A stretch of 64,000 nucleotides of DNA from Eledone cirrhosa (GCA_964016885.1 OZ024742.1:187736001-187800000); one strand, 5' to 3'; shown: positions 1 through 12,931, counted from the stretch's first letter. Translations and numbers: made by a program. The notes: a model not told the origin generated them from the sequence alone.

Positions 1-411
1 CCGGGAGAGATGACCCTTTAGCCTTTGTCAAGGCAGAATTCTAGGAGAAGGAAAACTCTGATATAACACCTGCAACCCTCATGGTATCCAATGATGTTGA
101 CTTGTTCTTCTTTTTGGTAAATATCATCTTGGTTAAGAGAGTGGGACTGGCTTTGTGCAGTGCCTTTGCTCACTATAAAAGCTTCACGGCACAGGCATTG
201 CTTTATATCTGGAGATCTCTCTGCACTTGTCGTCACATGGTACCATGGGCCCAGCACTATGTGTCAATAATTGTCACAATTGAAGTGTTTGTACCAGAGT
301 TTTCAAGTCGCTGGCTGGACTAAAAAGTCACATTCGTTCAGCGCATCGGTAGGGGTTCTCCTACATGGATATAAAGTAGTGGCCGTACTCGAAAACGAGT
401 TGGCAGCCGCC
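1..411. repeat. Interspersed repeat, near-identical to 56302-56712; probable LINE (RTE-like) 5' UTR-derived element
   Basis: Direct match: gcctttgtcaaggcagaattctaggagaaggaaaactc...gaaaacgagttggcagcc in both copies. The RTE 5' UTR assignment is from motif recall only. Confidence 0.75.
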
Positions 412-623
412 ATATATATATATATATATATACCCCAGACAACCATTTGCCTCCATCATGGATCAACCAAGCGCTCTTGCCCTAATACATATTTTGATCT
501 GCTTATCCTCAAGAACTATGCCTGTAAATAATATTATTCTTTTTTCCCATTACCTTATCAAGTTCCACATCACCCGCTTTTTTTTCTTTTTTATTCTTTT
601 TACTTCAAAAACCTTGTTTGTAA

Positions 624-814
624 ATAATTGGTTCTACTTTAGGCACAAGGCCAGCAATTACCCAGTACATTACTGATACTTTATTTTATCGACACCCTAA
701 GGATGAAAGGCAATGTTAACCTCGGCGTGATTTGAACTCAGAATGGCAAGGGCCATAAATCCATGCGTCAAAGCATGGCGTCCGACCCTCTCCCGATACT
801 GACAATCCACCGCC
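624..814 (-). mobile_element. tRNA-derived MetaSINE-like SINE (young family)
   Basis: Reverse strand has A-box/B-box (gagttcaaatc), the Meta-like core ttgcctttcatccttagggtgtcgataaaataaagta and an ATT tail. Flanked by a tttgtaaataat duplication. Confidence 0.9.
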
Positions 815-1134
815 TTTTTTGTAAATAATATTATTCTTTCTTTCCGATTTCTATAACATGTTCAACATCACATCATTTTCTCTCCAACATTTTACACCAA
901 TTCAAATTCCCCCCTTTGATAATCCATAAGATGCTCAAACCGGTAATAGACAATCATTAAATATATAAATGAATAAACAATTAAATGCCATTGTTAATTA
1001 ATAAATAAATTAACTAATACCTTAACACTTCACACAAAATAAAATATTTTGTTTTAAACATTTTCTAACCCAGAAAAAAAAGATAAAAGGAAAAGAAAAT
1101 ATTTGTCTTCCTAATAATCGTTTTTTTCCCCTAT

Positions 1135-1172
<38 letters not shown>

Positions 1173-1244
1173 TAATAATAAATTTCAAGACTAAAATCCA
1201 AAGAGGGCAGCGATTATTTGCTTAAACTTTAATCTGTTATTTTA

Positions 1245-1287
<43 letters not shown>

Positions 1288-1330
1288 AAAAATAAACCAA
1301 AGAAGCCTTCAATACATCAAAAGTCTTTAT

Positions 1331-1372
1331 TAGCCAACAATGTTTCGTCCTATTAAGCACTCATCAGGGCAA
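1331..1372 (-). ncRNA. Minimal type I hammerhead ribozyme (family A)
   Basis: revcomp gcc-CTGATGA-gtgct taat aggac-GAAAC-att-GTT-ggc; one mismatch in stem II. Confidence 0.8.
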
Positions 1373-2559
1373 GTAAAGCTACAAGAAGCACTATCGGCCA
1401 ATACAAGCCAAAAACTCAGAAGAATATGGAGTATACATCTATTAAAGCTTAGGAAAGATATCAAGAAAAAGTTAGCTAAGATTAAGAGTGAGCAGTTACA
1501 AACATAGATATAGACCAAATAGCAAGGAAGTGATTAACATGTTGAACCCACATTGTAAATATATAATGCAAAAACTTGAAATACAAATGGTAATATAATG
1601 CGAGAATTAAAGTACGATATAGAATAGAATATAATATTATAGATGGTGATAATAAAATATATGTCTGTGTATCTCAACCACGTAAATATATGTATTAAGC
1701 ATTTCCTTAGACTCTGTTTGATATTAGATATTAACGTTGTTATATCATATCATTTTTATGTAATCGTATTATAGATTTTAATATATGTTATTTGTAGTAC
1801 TGTTCTGTTATATTTTGTAATATTTTGTGATATTTTGGTAATATTTATGCCAATGTAAAACGACTTGACCTCCGTGTATTTGTTGCAATGGTATAGATAT
1901 TTTTGTCAACACAATCTTTTCAACACAATTTAGTTCTATATGATTTTTTTCTTACCCTGTGTAAAACTTTATACTATTTGTTAACCTTGAATTATATATA
2001 TGATGTAATTTTGTATATCTTTTGATGCCAATATATTATAATATTGTTATTATAATGTTATTATAATGTTTTTATATTGTTTATGCACACTGACAGGGAA
2101 TTATATATTATATTTTATTTTTATTTTTATCTTTATTCTTATTTTTATCTTTATTATATTATACTGTAAACAATATATATATATATATATATTTAAATAC
2201 TTCATAAGTGTTAGTTTGTGTTTGTACTAATGTATATATGTATACATATATATATATACATATATTGTGCTTTTTATTATCACCATCTATTATATTATAT
2301 TATATTCTATATCGTACTGTAATTCTCGCATTATATTACCATTTGTCTTTCAAGTTTATGCATTATATAATGTTTACAATGTGGGTTCAACATGTTAATC
2401 ACTTTCTTGCTATTTGGTCTATATCTATGTTTGTAACTGCTGACTCTTAATCATAGCTAACTTTTCCTTGATATCTTTCCTAAGCTTTAATAGATGTATA
2501 CTCCATATTCTTCTGCGTTTTTGGCTTGTATTGGCCGATAGTGCTTCTTGTAGCTTTAC

Positions 2560-2601
2560 TTGCCCTGATGAGTCCTTAATAGGACGAAACATTGTTGGCT
2601 A
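2560..2601 (+). ncRNA. Minimal type I hammerhead ribozyme (family A)
   Basis: gcc-CTGATGA-gtcct taat aggac-GAAAC-att-GTT-ggc; perfect 5-bp stem II and stem I gcc/ggc. Confidence 0.9.
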
Positions 2602-2956
2602 ATAAAGACTGTTGATGTATTGATATATAAATGTAATTTGATTGGTTATAAATGAAATTATATATATATATATATATATATATAACTCCTATTGATTCTC
2701 TGCAATTACCAAGCTCAAAGTATAAATACTGAGCATCATATAATAATATATGTATTAATAAACACAGTAAGTCGTGTGTCTAAAATTACGAGGGTTCAAA
2801 TACCACATTGTTTTGACAAATTGAACCAGAAGCATAGGGAAAATACAGAAAATACACAGACCGTCTCAATAACTATTACATCTCCCGATGTAATAGTTGT
2901 TGAATCGTTAAGATCTTCTTCCTAGATATGTTAATATTTATAAAACAAACTTTGTA

Positions 2957-3013
2957 TGTTATCTGATGAGTGCATACCAATGTTTTGGTACCCTTGAAAT
3001 ATATATAATAGAA
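2957..3013 (+). ncRNA. Hammerhead ribozyme (family B) in a pLTR-like repeat at 2870-3122
   Basis: ttat-CTGATGA-g..taccaa tgtt ttggta..-GAAAT-atat-ATA-atag; homologous to 13025, 13195 and 47173. Confidence 0.75.
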
Positions 3014-3120
3014 TAAATATGGTTTTATAAATATAGTTTCCAGAAAACTTGTCGAGTTCTTCAAATCAGTTATAAATGTATATATTTGTTGAATTACCAA
3101 CAAATTAAATATCCCTTTTG

Positions 3121-3189
<69 letters not shown>

Positions 3190-3192
<3 letters not shown>

Positions 3193-3325
3193 TAAAGATA
3201 CTATTTATAGTTATGTATATACTATACTATAAACAACTATAAACACGGAAGGTCAGTAATTTATTACTACCTTATTACCAGTAAGAGAAATATCTCTTTG
3301 TAAGAATATCATTTGTTTTACAGAG

Positions 3326-3330
<5 letters not shown>
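3190..3330 (-). repeat. Inverted PLE 3'-end fragment
   Basis: Reverse complement matches 21295-21410 (gtttatagttgtttatagtatatacataactataaatagtatc). Confidence 0.7.
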
Positions 3331-3369
<39 letters not shown>

Positions 3370-3388
3370 AAATAGAAATACCATTAAA

Positions 3389-3934
3389 ATGTCTTACTCT
3401 ACGACTCCTAACCTTGCACATAACATCACAGATTCAAATTTTGCTAAACTACCTAGCCGTAGGAACACGTGCAACCCTGTAGTTAGTACTAACTGTAATT
3501 GTAGGAATCGGCTTGATTGCCCCCTATCCGGGAAATGCCTCTCTAGTAACATTGTCTACAAATGTAAGGTTGAAACACCCACGTCCCGTAGGGCCTACAT
3601 AGGGTTAACCAGCAATAGATTCAAGCAGCGTCATTACATGCATACCCATTCTTTTCTTTACCCTCTAAGAATGAATAGGACGTCACTTTCAGCTTATATC
3701 TGGAGTCTAAAAGACAACCACACCCAATATAAGTTACACTGGGAGATCCTAGCTAGGGCTAGATCGTATAACGGAAATAAAAGACCTGGTGACCTCTGCG
3801 CCGCTGAGGCCCTCGAAATACTGTACGCCATAGACCACATATTAAACAAAAAATCTGAGGCAATTCCGGCTTGTAAACATAAATTGCACAAAACTCTCCT
3901 GTATTACAGCCCCACATTATACCCTAACGGATAG
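3389..3934 (+). pseudogene. PLE C-terminal Cys-rich linker + GIY-YIG endonuclease
   Basis: CNCRNRLDCPLSGKCLSSNIVYKCKV...AYIGLTSNRFKQRHYMH...SLSAYIWSLK...LCAAEALEI. Confidence 0.9.
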
Positions 3935-4854
3935 CACGATCTATACGCGGATATTTTCCGTCTTGATGTAGTAGCTAAGTATATGCTATGTTTATACCAT
4001 TACTTATTTGCATAAGTAAGTATATATTACTTGTATGTATTGTGAAGGTACGTATACTTTCTCGTACGTATATTTGATTGTATATGTTATGGCGTATATT
4101 TTATATATTCTGGTACATATGCTTTTGGTTATGTATATACGTGAGTTTTGCGTCTGTGTGAGGATGCGGGTTCGTACGTATGTAGGGTGTGTGTATATGT
4201 GTACTTCGTGTTTTGGTTGATTTACGTCTCCGCACAGTTGTGTATTTACATGTAGGTATGTGTGTGCGCTTGTTATATACGTATTTATTTTTATACGTGT
4301 ATTTATTTATTTGTATGCACGCACACACACACATATATTTATATGTGCGTGTATTTGTATACCTATGGCGAGGGTTTTCGCGTATGCTTGTGTATGTACG
4401 TATTTGGATGCGTGTATGTATTTATTTATTTCAATTACCTCTGTATTTTATTTACTTTATTTTTAACTCTGAAGCCGGGAATCATTCTGTTTCCTAGTTA
4501 GAATTTTAGTCTACGACTTCAGTTATACCATTTACGTGGTTTTGTCTTTGCGTGCAATTGTTCTCCACGCTCCACATATGACGTATTATCTTCGTTTTTT
4601 CCGTCCATGTCAGAGAACGTCTCCCAGAACCACCTGATAGAATATTAGTCTACGACTTCTTTTATACCATAAACGTGGTTCTGTCTTTGCGTGTAATTGT
4701 TTTTCACCGCTCCAGATAATGACGTATTATATTCGTTTTTTCCCGTTCTTTGCCAGGGAACGTTTCCACGAACCAAATTATCGTCTTCCTGTCTTCCTCC
4801 GGTTGCAACGTTTTTTTTAAATATTCACTTCTGCGTTTAGAGATTGACTTTGTT

Positions 4855-4905
4855 AGTTTCAGAAGATCCCGTTAAGGGTGAAAGCAGCGATTCTTTGCTT
4901 AAACT
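4855..4905 (+). ncRNA. HHR-like motif with variant core CAGAAGA (family M)
   Basis: agttt-CAGAAGA-t ccc gttaa ggg t-GAAAGCA..TGCTT-aaact; stems I-III all pair. Confidence 0.65.
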
Positions 4906-4921
4906 TTAATCTGTAATTTTA

Positions 4922-4997
<76 letters not shown>

Positions 4998-5089
4998 ATT
5001 GCTCTGGTTTCTTTTGTTCCATGGAGCGCTTGCCACATAAATAGGAAATTGAGTTTTGCTTATTTCTACCCGCTAAATACGATTCTCGG

Positions 5090-5110
5090 TGAATCTATAT
5101 ATATATAGAA

Positions 5111-5194
<84 letters not shown>

Positions 5195-5198
5195 TGAA

Positions 5199-5266
<68 letters not shown>

Positions 5267-5270
5267 TGAA

Positions 5271-5346
<76 letters not shown>

Positions 5347-5372
5347 GTATAAATATATATATATATATACAT
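5090..5372. repeat. (TA)n microsatellite with periodic interruptions
   Basis: Direct reading. Confidence 0.95.
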
Positions 5373-5729
5373 GAAAAGTATAGCAGTTATTGTAGCGAGA
5401 AGCTAACAGTATTCCATAAAATATAAGTGACTATAGCGTCAAAATGGGAAAATAGTTAACATAAGATATGGGAAAAATAATTCAAATTCAATTCAAAAAG
5501 AATCAGGATATAGATTTATCCACAGAATTTAGAAAAAATCCAGGGAGAAATCAATAGAACCTTAACTCAAGGTAAAACAAAGTCTAAAGTACTCATCCTT
5601 CAATTTGGGACACCTTCAAATGCTCTGTATAGTCCTGAAAAGACTATTTCACGAAAATGTTCAGTGTGGATGGTCATGGTTGGAACTCGTTCATCAGCAG
5701 AGCTCAACATAGTAACCAAGGTCTCACTG

Positions 5730-5810
<81 letters not shown>

Positions 5811-5831
5811 CATATATGTATACACACACGC

Positions 5832-5862
<31 letters not shown>

Positions 5863-5933
5863 CATATATGTATATACACACACACACACACACACAGCCC
5901 TCTTTGGATTTTAGTCTTGAAATGTATTATTAT

Positions 5934-5993
<60 letters not shown>

Positions 5994-6207
5994 TTTCTGA
6001 ATTTGTTTAGCAAGATTCTTTATCTTGTGTTTGAAACGTGTGTTGAAACCGATATTGTTATACTTTGGGAGGGTCATGTTGCCAATAAGAAACGCACGCA
6101 CCAGATGCTTTCACTCCAATTTATTATAAATTAAATTTATAAATTTAAGAATTTATAAATTTCCGGTTGGCTGGTTGGTTCCACAACCGGACGGTGGTTC
6201 ATATATT

Positions 6208-6250
6208 GTCAAAGTTCGTTCGTCACACATCCTGTGACCTCTTCAGTGAC
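6208..6250 (-). ncRNA. Hammerhead ribozyme (family D), GAAA mutated to GAAC
   Basis: revcomp gtca-CTGAAGA-g gtcaca ggatg tgtgac-GAAC-gaa-CTT-tgac. Confidence 0.6.
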
Positions 6251-6470
6251 TGGGGATTATTCTCTGTTTGTTTGCCTCTCATTTGTTCTATCCTACGCCA
6301 TCTTTTTTTTGTGTGTGTTGTGTGTTACATCCGCTTGTTTGTGAGTGTTTTTATTTGTTTATTTGTTTGTTTTACATGTTACTGCTTGGTTGTTTGTTCT
6401 ATGTGTCTGTGATTTCATTTTGTCCTTAATTAAACAAAGGAGAGGCACAAAACAAAGAGAAGTATGCCCA

Positions 6471-6513
6471 GTCACTGAAGAGGTCACATAATGTGTGACG
6501 AAAGAACTTTGAC
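6471..6513 (+). ncRNA. Hammerhead ribozyme (family D)
   Basis: gtca-CTGAAGA-g gtcaca taatg tgtgac-GAAAG-aa-CTT-tgac. Confidence 0.85.
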
Positions 6514-6664
6514 AATAAATGAACCACCGTTCGGTTGTGGAACCAACCAACCAACCGGAAATTTAAAAATTCTTAAATTTATCAATTTAATTTATAATGA
6601 ATTGGAGGGAAGCAACTGGTGAGTGTGTTTCTTATTGGCAACATGACCCTCCCAAAGTATAACA

Positions 6665-6705
<41 letters not shown>

Positions 6706-7299
6706 CATATATATATATATAATTAAGAGTCAGGACCCGACGTCTGAGTTCTAGCCGTTTCAACAGGTAGTTCCAGACTGTTATATATGTGTGTGTGTGT
6801 ATGAGTGTGCGTGTCCGTATGCATCTGTGTTTGTATGTGTATGCATGCGTGGACATGCGTGTGGGTATGCATGTGTGTGTGCATATGTATGTAGAATACT
6901 CAACCACTTTCACGATTAGTAGATAATGGGCTATCCATTCATCGGAGGCCCAGCCAGGATTTTCAGACATTGTAATTGAAAATTGCATTGATAAAATATG
7001 TACCTCTGTAATGCTCAGCAACTTAGACTGTAATAGATGGAGTGTGACTGCACCTACTTAAAAGATTCCTTAAGATACACGTGTCTATTAAATGTTCACA
7101 CACCTTTTTTCATATAGGAGGCTGTTCTATTGATCGAATAAACGGGACACTCAACGTCGGCACCGACTGAGGTCCATTCACATATACTGTAATAAAAAGA
7201 AAACTATCAAAACACGTTTACCTTTCCTAAAATACAGTAGATTCCCTTCTGACTGTAACATACCATTTATATTATAGTACTTACTGTTTAAGGTAGTGT

Positions 7300-7540
7300 T
7301 ATACAGATTGGCAAAGAAACTTCGCCCACCTGTTATCCAGTTACGTCAAATCGGTTGAGGAAACAATGTGTCCGTTGGTCTTTCCAATTGTTAATACTCT
7401 GTATGGGTCGCAACTCCAATTAGGAGCAGCAGCGTCAAATAAACTGCCTTGGTTAAGGACATAACGCATCGCCCGGTCCAGGAATTGAACTCACAACTTC
7501 ACGATTGCGAAAACAATTCTCTTACCACTCTGCCATGCCC
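7300..7540 (-). mobile_element. Old tRNA-derived SINE
   Basis: revcomp ggcatggcagagtggtaaga...gtgagttcaattcctggaccggg (A and B boxes). Confidence 0.65.
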
Positions 7541-7734
7541 CAAAATAGAGCAGTATGAAGCTCTCTGATGTGAAAGGCCGGACAGGGATATAGGAGGCGA
7601 GGCAGACCTATCATGACGTCTTTGTTAACTTTGGAGGAGAAACTGGCAGAAATGGGTGTGACAAAAGAAATGTAGGCATTGGTGGGTGTGAGAAACGTGG
7701 GACATATGTTCACATATGTTTATATATGCATGTA

Positions 7735-7885
7735 GGCGGAGAATTGGCAGAACGTTGGATATAATGCTTTGCAGTATTAGTTTTATCTCTCTACCTTCTG
7801 AGTTCAAATCCCATCTATGTCAACTTTGCCTTTCATAAATTCGAGGTCGATAAAAATGTACCAGACAAGGACCGGGGTCGATCCT
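7735..7885 (+). mobile_element. Diverged MetaSINE-like SINE
   Basis: ctgagttcaaatccc...caactttgcctttcat...gaggtcgataaaaatgtaccag. Confidence 0.75.
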
Positions 7886-8574
7886 TCCTCTGTATCTCTG
7901 TATCTCTTTCTCACTTTCTCACTCGATCTTTTCATGGAAGAAATCTGCTGTGTTCATACCTGGAATGGGGATGGGCTCCGACAAGTTTAAACATGCTTCA
8001 GAAGGGCCGTATGTTAATACCACGCCTCTGCGATTCCCTTGAGAGATACAGTACAATGCATGCATATATGCATATATGATGTATAGGTATTTATGTATTG
8101 GAATGTCTGTTTGATTTCCCGAGTATATATTTCTCTTTGTTTCAACCGGTCTATAAACCGCTGTCGTTTACATTAGACAGATCAATATACTAAGTACCAG
8201 TCAAGAGGTGTGTGCCTCGATATGATTGAAGCATTGTCAATGATTTAAAACCAGTAAAGCTAATATCTAAATACATGAGTGTATCTGTGTGTGTACATGT
8301 GTTTGTGTATGCATGTGTCTGTATGCGTGTTTACCTGTGTGTGAATGCATGTATGCGTGTGTGTGTGTGTGTGTGTGCGTATGCATGTGTGTTTACGTGC
8401 GTGTATGTATGTCTGTATGCGTGTGTATGCATGTCTGTGTGTGTATGCCTATGCGCGTGTGTGTATATATGTATTATGGCATGTAATTCCTTGTGGAGTC
8501 GTACGTACGCTGTTGTAACATACCATGTTTCATGACAACGTTAAACGTTGCCGTACCCATCCATTCATTCATTC

Positions 8575-8580
8575 AGAGAG

Positions 8581-8643
<63 letters not shown>

Positions 8644-8647
8644 TGGG

Positions 8648-8703
<56 letters not shown>
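8575..8703. repeat. (AG)n microsatellite
   Basis: Direct reading. Confidence 0.95.
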
Positions 8704-8705
<2 letters not shown>

Positions 8706-9504
8706 CGACCACAGTACATGAATGGTACGTTGCTATCGACCTTGAAAGAGTGGAAAGAAAAGGTGACCGCGGTGATATTTGAACGCAGTGTACAGAGAGC
8801 CGTAACGTAATTCGCAAACATTTTATCTGGCGTTCTATAAAATTTCACATGCAGACAGGAGGATTTGATGGTGCATATACAGTAACAGTCGGTGTGCGTT
8901 TGTGTGTCTGTGTGTTTGCGTAGATGCTTGATACCTGAACTGTCTATAATCGTTCTGGCTTGTAGCTGTGGTTATAGCACACACTCACGCACACAAATAC
9001 ACTATAACACACAAACACTAAAAAAAAGCACGCACACGCACACACACACACACACATTCTGTTTATACAGCTAAGCAGGAAACCCAAACTACATAGAAAT
9101 AAGGGACGTAACCGTGAATGACTTTTTGAAAATTCTATCAAGGGAGATAAGTCAACCAAGTAGTATCTATGTTCAAAGGAAATATTTCAACGTTACTCGA
9201 ATTAGATATTTTAAATATTTTTTCAGAAAATTAAATTATCCCAAAAAATACATTTATTCTGTTAAGTGCAATAAACACACGCTGACACACACACACACAA
9301 ACACTCACATACACTCACATGCTCACACACCCACACACACCACATGCATGATTTCATGATTAACGACACAAATGTCTCTCGTTATAGTATTTTAAAACTG
9401 TTTTTTCAAACAATATATCCATTCGGTTTATACACATACATACAAGCATGATAATGTTTACACACACATGGACACACACACTGGTACACACACACACACA
9501 CACG

Positions 9505-9562
<58 letters not shown>

Positions 9563-9722
9563 CACACAAAGTTATAGATATGGTCGTACGTGTATGTAAA
9601 CTTGTCAGTTTGAGTATATGGATGTATATATCTATATAGATGTTCATACCGACTCATGTACACAAGCGCTCATATAAATATATTGTACATATGTGTGTAT
9701 ACGTGTCTCTACACGTGCATGT

Positions 9723-9805
<83 letters not shown>

Positions 9806-9822
9806 CACCCACACACGTACCA

Positions 9823-9872
<50 letters not shown>

Positions 9873-9993
9873 CCACACACGTACCAACACACACTCTAAC
9901 ACCCGTACTTAGCTGAATGGCTGGAACAAATAAAATAGTAAAAGAATATATATATATATATATATTTATAATTATATTATATATATATATATA

Positions 9994-10033
<40 letters not shown>

Positions 10034-10305
10034 ATGATGGATGTTACCTAAACATAGACAAAATGAACTAATTTCATGTTATATACCAGGTGTGGATGCT
10101 TCTATTAATTTATCGCTGTAGGTCTCTACTTTTTAACTATTAATGACATAGCATGAATTTAACATTAAATACCTTCATTTTAATATGTATGAGCTTTCTG
10201 GATGTGTTTTTTAACCGTTTTATTTCAACATATATGAATTGTATTCAGAGGCAATGATTTGGCTATAACATGTTATAAACTACGTAATGGGATTTCATCG
10301 GTTTC

Positions 10306-10505
10306 NNNNNNNNNNNNNNNNNNNNNNNNNNNNNNNNNNNNNNNNNNNNNNNNNNNNNNNNNNNNNNNNNNNNNNNNNNNNNNNNNNNNNNNNNNNNNNN
10401 NNNNNNNNNNNNNNNNNNNNNNNNNNNNNNNNNNNNNNNNNNNNNNNNNNNNNNNNNNNNNNNNNNNNNNNNNNNNNNNNNNNNNNNNNNNNNNNNNNNN
10501 NNNNN
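10306..10505. other. Assembly gap (200 N)
   Basis: Run of N. Confidence 1.
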
Positions 10506-10539
10506 AGGAAAACGTTAAAGTATCACATGTATCTCTCTC

Positions 10540-10628
10540 TCTTTGTATATATATATGATTAGATATACTTTTCAAATTATTAACTTAATAAAAAGTGGCC
10601 TCGGGTGCAACCGGGCTCAGCTGCTAGT
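10540..10628 (+). mobile_element. Helitron 3' terminus
   Basis: GC-rich hairpin gcctcggg-tgcaa-ccgggc followed about 7 nt later by CTAG|T. Confidence 0.65.
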
Positions 10629-10735
10629 ATATATATATATATATATATGTAAAAGGTAAACATAAATAACAACACAATCGGTACAGTATATGGAAGGGAT
10701 ATATTAGGTTAACGCTTGATATGGTAGGAAGAGGA

Positions 10736-10772
10736 TCTTAACATTTCGGACGCTAGTCTTTCATCAGAAGAA
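10736..10772 (-). ncRNA. Hammerhead ribozyme (family E) in a repeat at 10650-10880, homologous to 37935-38110
   Basis: revcomp tctt-CTGATGA-aa gac tagc gtc c-GAAAT-GTT-aaga. Confidence 0.65.
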
Positions 10773-11384
10773 AGAATGAGAAATAATTGAGGGGACGGGC
10801 GGGATGAAATTGGAATAAATGTCTTTAGATAAAAATAACAGGTCAATTCATGTCGACATCTCTTGCAAAACTGTTGCTGCTGGCGTTTGGTGCTTGATTT
10901 ATATTTTAGAAAAGTGGATGATGGAGCGCGTCTACCTGAAATGGAAAAAAAAGCGTTTTGTAAAAAGAGCTATACTTGAGCACGTGCGTAAACATGTGTT
11001 TGTGATTGTGCGTGTGTTATTATACGTTCGTACGAAGCTAAAAAGAAAAGTGTGTGTATATGTGAGTATATACATATATGTATATATATATATATATATA
11101 TTTATGTGTGTATATGTGTGTATATATGAGCAAAAGTATGTTAATATAAGGGTGTCTATGTGTGTATACGGAGCAGTGAAGGCAATGGTGGTGTGTGCAT
11201 ATATAATCGGCCTGTATTGAGAAGTTGTAAGATAGCTGCTAATGATCAAGAGAAAGCGATAGGAATCTAGGGGTGTGATAATGGACGAGGTATTAGAGAA
11301 ATTGGGGAGGTGAGTTGAGTACAAGAGGGGATAGGACTCGAGGCGGTGAATCAGACTTTGTTCAGTTTTGGTGCGCGAGGCATG

Positions 11385-11482
<98 letters not shown>

Positions 11483-11546
11483 ATTATATATATAGGATTA
11501 GATATATATGTATATATATATATATATATGATTAGATATTTATGTA

Positions 11547-11585
<39 letters not shown>

Positions 11586-11621
11586 GATTAGATATTTATG
11601 TATATATATATATATAAATAT

Positions 11622-11742
11622 ATAATTGTTTCTTCTTTTGGCACAAGGCCAGCAATTACCCGGTACATTACGGGCACTTTATTTTATCGACCCCGTAAGG
11701 ATGAAAGGCAAAGTTGACCTCTCATCCTTACGGGGTCGATAA
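11622..11742 (-). mobile_element. 5'-truncated MetaSINE-like copy with terminal fold-back
   Basis: SINE 3' half, then tcatccttacggggtcgataa, which is the reverse complement of 11684-11704. Confidence 0.85.
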
Positions 11743-12055
11743 CATATATGTATATATAAATATATATATATATATTTATATATATATATATATATATATT
11801 TATACATGCACAGGCACATATCAATATGTAAAAAACTTTAGGAAGTAATTCAGAGTCAGGAATAACTAAATAAATAAGATTTAAAAAATACAAAGAATAT
11901 ATAAGATAAAAATAAAAATAAAAATAAAGTCAAAAAGGGACGTATTGACAACCATGGGTATGTGTGGCGACGGGGGAGTTGGTGTGTGTGTGTGTGTGTG
12001 TGTGGGGGGGGGGGTTTATATAAATACAAACAAAGTAAAAATAAAAAAATACACA

Positions 12056-12099
<44 letters not shown>

Positions 12100-12302
12100 T
12101 AACTATATATATATATATTTCGTTTCTGAATTTGTTTAGCAAGATTCTTTATCTGAAATCGTGTGATGAAACCGATATTGTTATACTTTCGGAGGGTCAT
12201 GTTGCCAATATGAAACACACGCACCAGATGGACACACACACAGTAACAAAATGGCATAGGACAGAACAAGGGAGAGGCACAGAAACAAAGAAAGGAATCG
12301 CC

Positions 12303-12347
12303 AGTCACTGAAGAGGTCACAGAGTGTGTGACGAAAGAACTATGACT
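12303..12347 (+). ncRNA. Hammerhead ribozyme (family D)
   Basis: agtca-CTGAAGA-g gtcaca gagtg tgtgac-GAAAG-aa-CTA-tgact. Confidence 0.85.
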
Positions 12348-12532
12348 ATATATAAACAACTATCTGGTTGTGGAACCAACCAACCAACCAGAAATTTATA
12401 AATTTATAAATTTGTTATAAATTTATTATAATAAATTGAAGTGAAAGCAACTGGTGCGATGAAGTTTTATGGAGTTATTAATATTATTCAAAATATTAAT
12501 AAATGAAGACATTCACATAATCAAAAGATATG

Positions 12533-12598
12533 TTTTACTATATATATTTCGAAGGTACTGTGCTGTTTTTTTTCCAGTACGTCCTCATCAGATAAAAT
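12533..12598 (-). ncRNA. Hammerhead ribozyme (family C)
   Basis: revcomp ttttat-CTGATGA-gg ac gtactg..cagtac ctt c-GAAAT-atat-ATA-gtaaaa. Confidence 0.8.
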
Positions 12599-12931
12599 AC
12601 ATGAATTGATGTATGACATACCTCAACTGTCTTGATGGTTCAATTCCAGTATTGGCAGACTGCCAATACTTAGAAATATATATAATAAAACATATATGTA
12701 CCTATACACACATACCAACACACACATATATATGTATATATATAAAAAAATAAATATATATACACATATATTCGATATGTCTCATATGAAATAATACAGC
12801 CAATTTTCCACGCAATACTTTTAGTTAGCACCCTGAACGCATAATTGGGAATATAATTACTTATTTCCTAATGTTCGTTGAGTAAGTTGGAATTTGGCCG
12901 GAGTATCGCTAAAAAGCTTTCTCCGATATTG

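Larger units (their letters stand above)
1305..2622. mobile_element. Non-coding PLE-type element: about 350-bp inverted pLTRs (1305-1655 / 2270-2622), each with an HHR
   Basis: The arms are reverse complements (caatacatcaaaagtctttattagccaac vs gttggctaataaagactgttgatgtattg) around an AT-rich spacer with no ORF. Confidence 0.85.
3362..4925 (+). mobile_element. 5'-truncated Penelope-like element
   Basis: GIY-YIG ORF followed by a 3' UTR with a ~140-bp tandem duplication (4500-4780) and a terminal HHR-like motif. Confidence 0.85.
5990..6667. mobile_element. Fold-back pLTR-like repeat (family D); arms about 6053-6290 / 6436-6667
   Basis: Arms are reverse complementary. Further copies at 12118-12460, 17060-17205, 53385-53480 and 60980-61275. 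Confidence 0.85.

Noticed and set aside
3389-3934. Intact host nuclease gene
   Set aside because: It is the 5'-truncated end of a PLE ORF that begins in a TA tract; the ATG is internal
10259-10575. ORFs containing X runs
   Set aside because: They span the N gap
12145-12190. Second HHR in family D (CTGAAAT..GAAAC..GTT)
   Set aside because: The core is non-canonical in all copies and there is no convincing stem II
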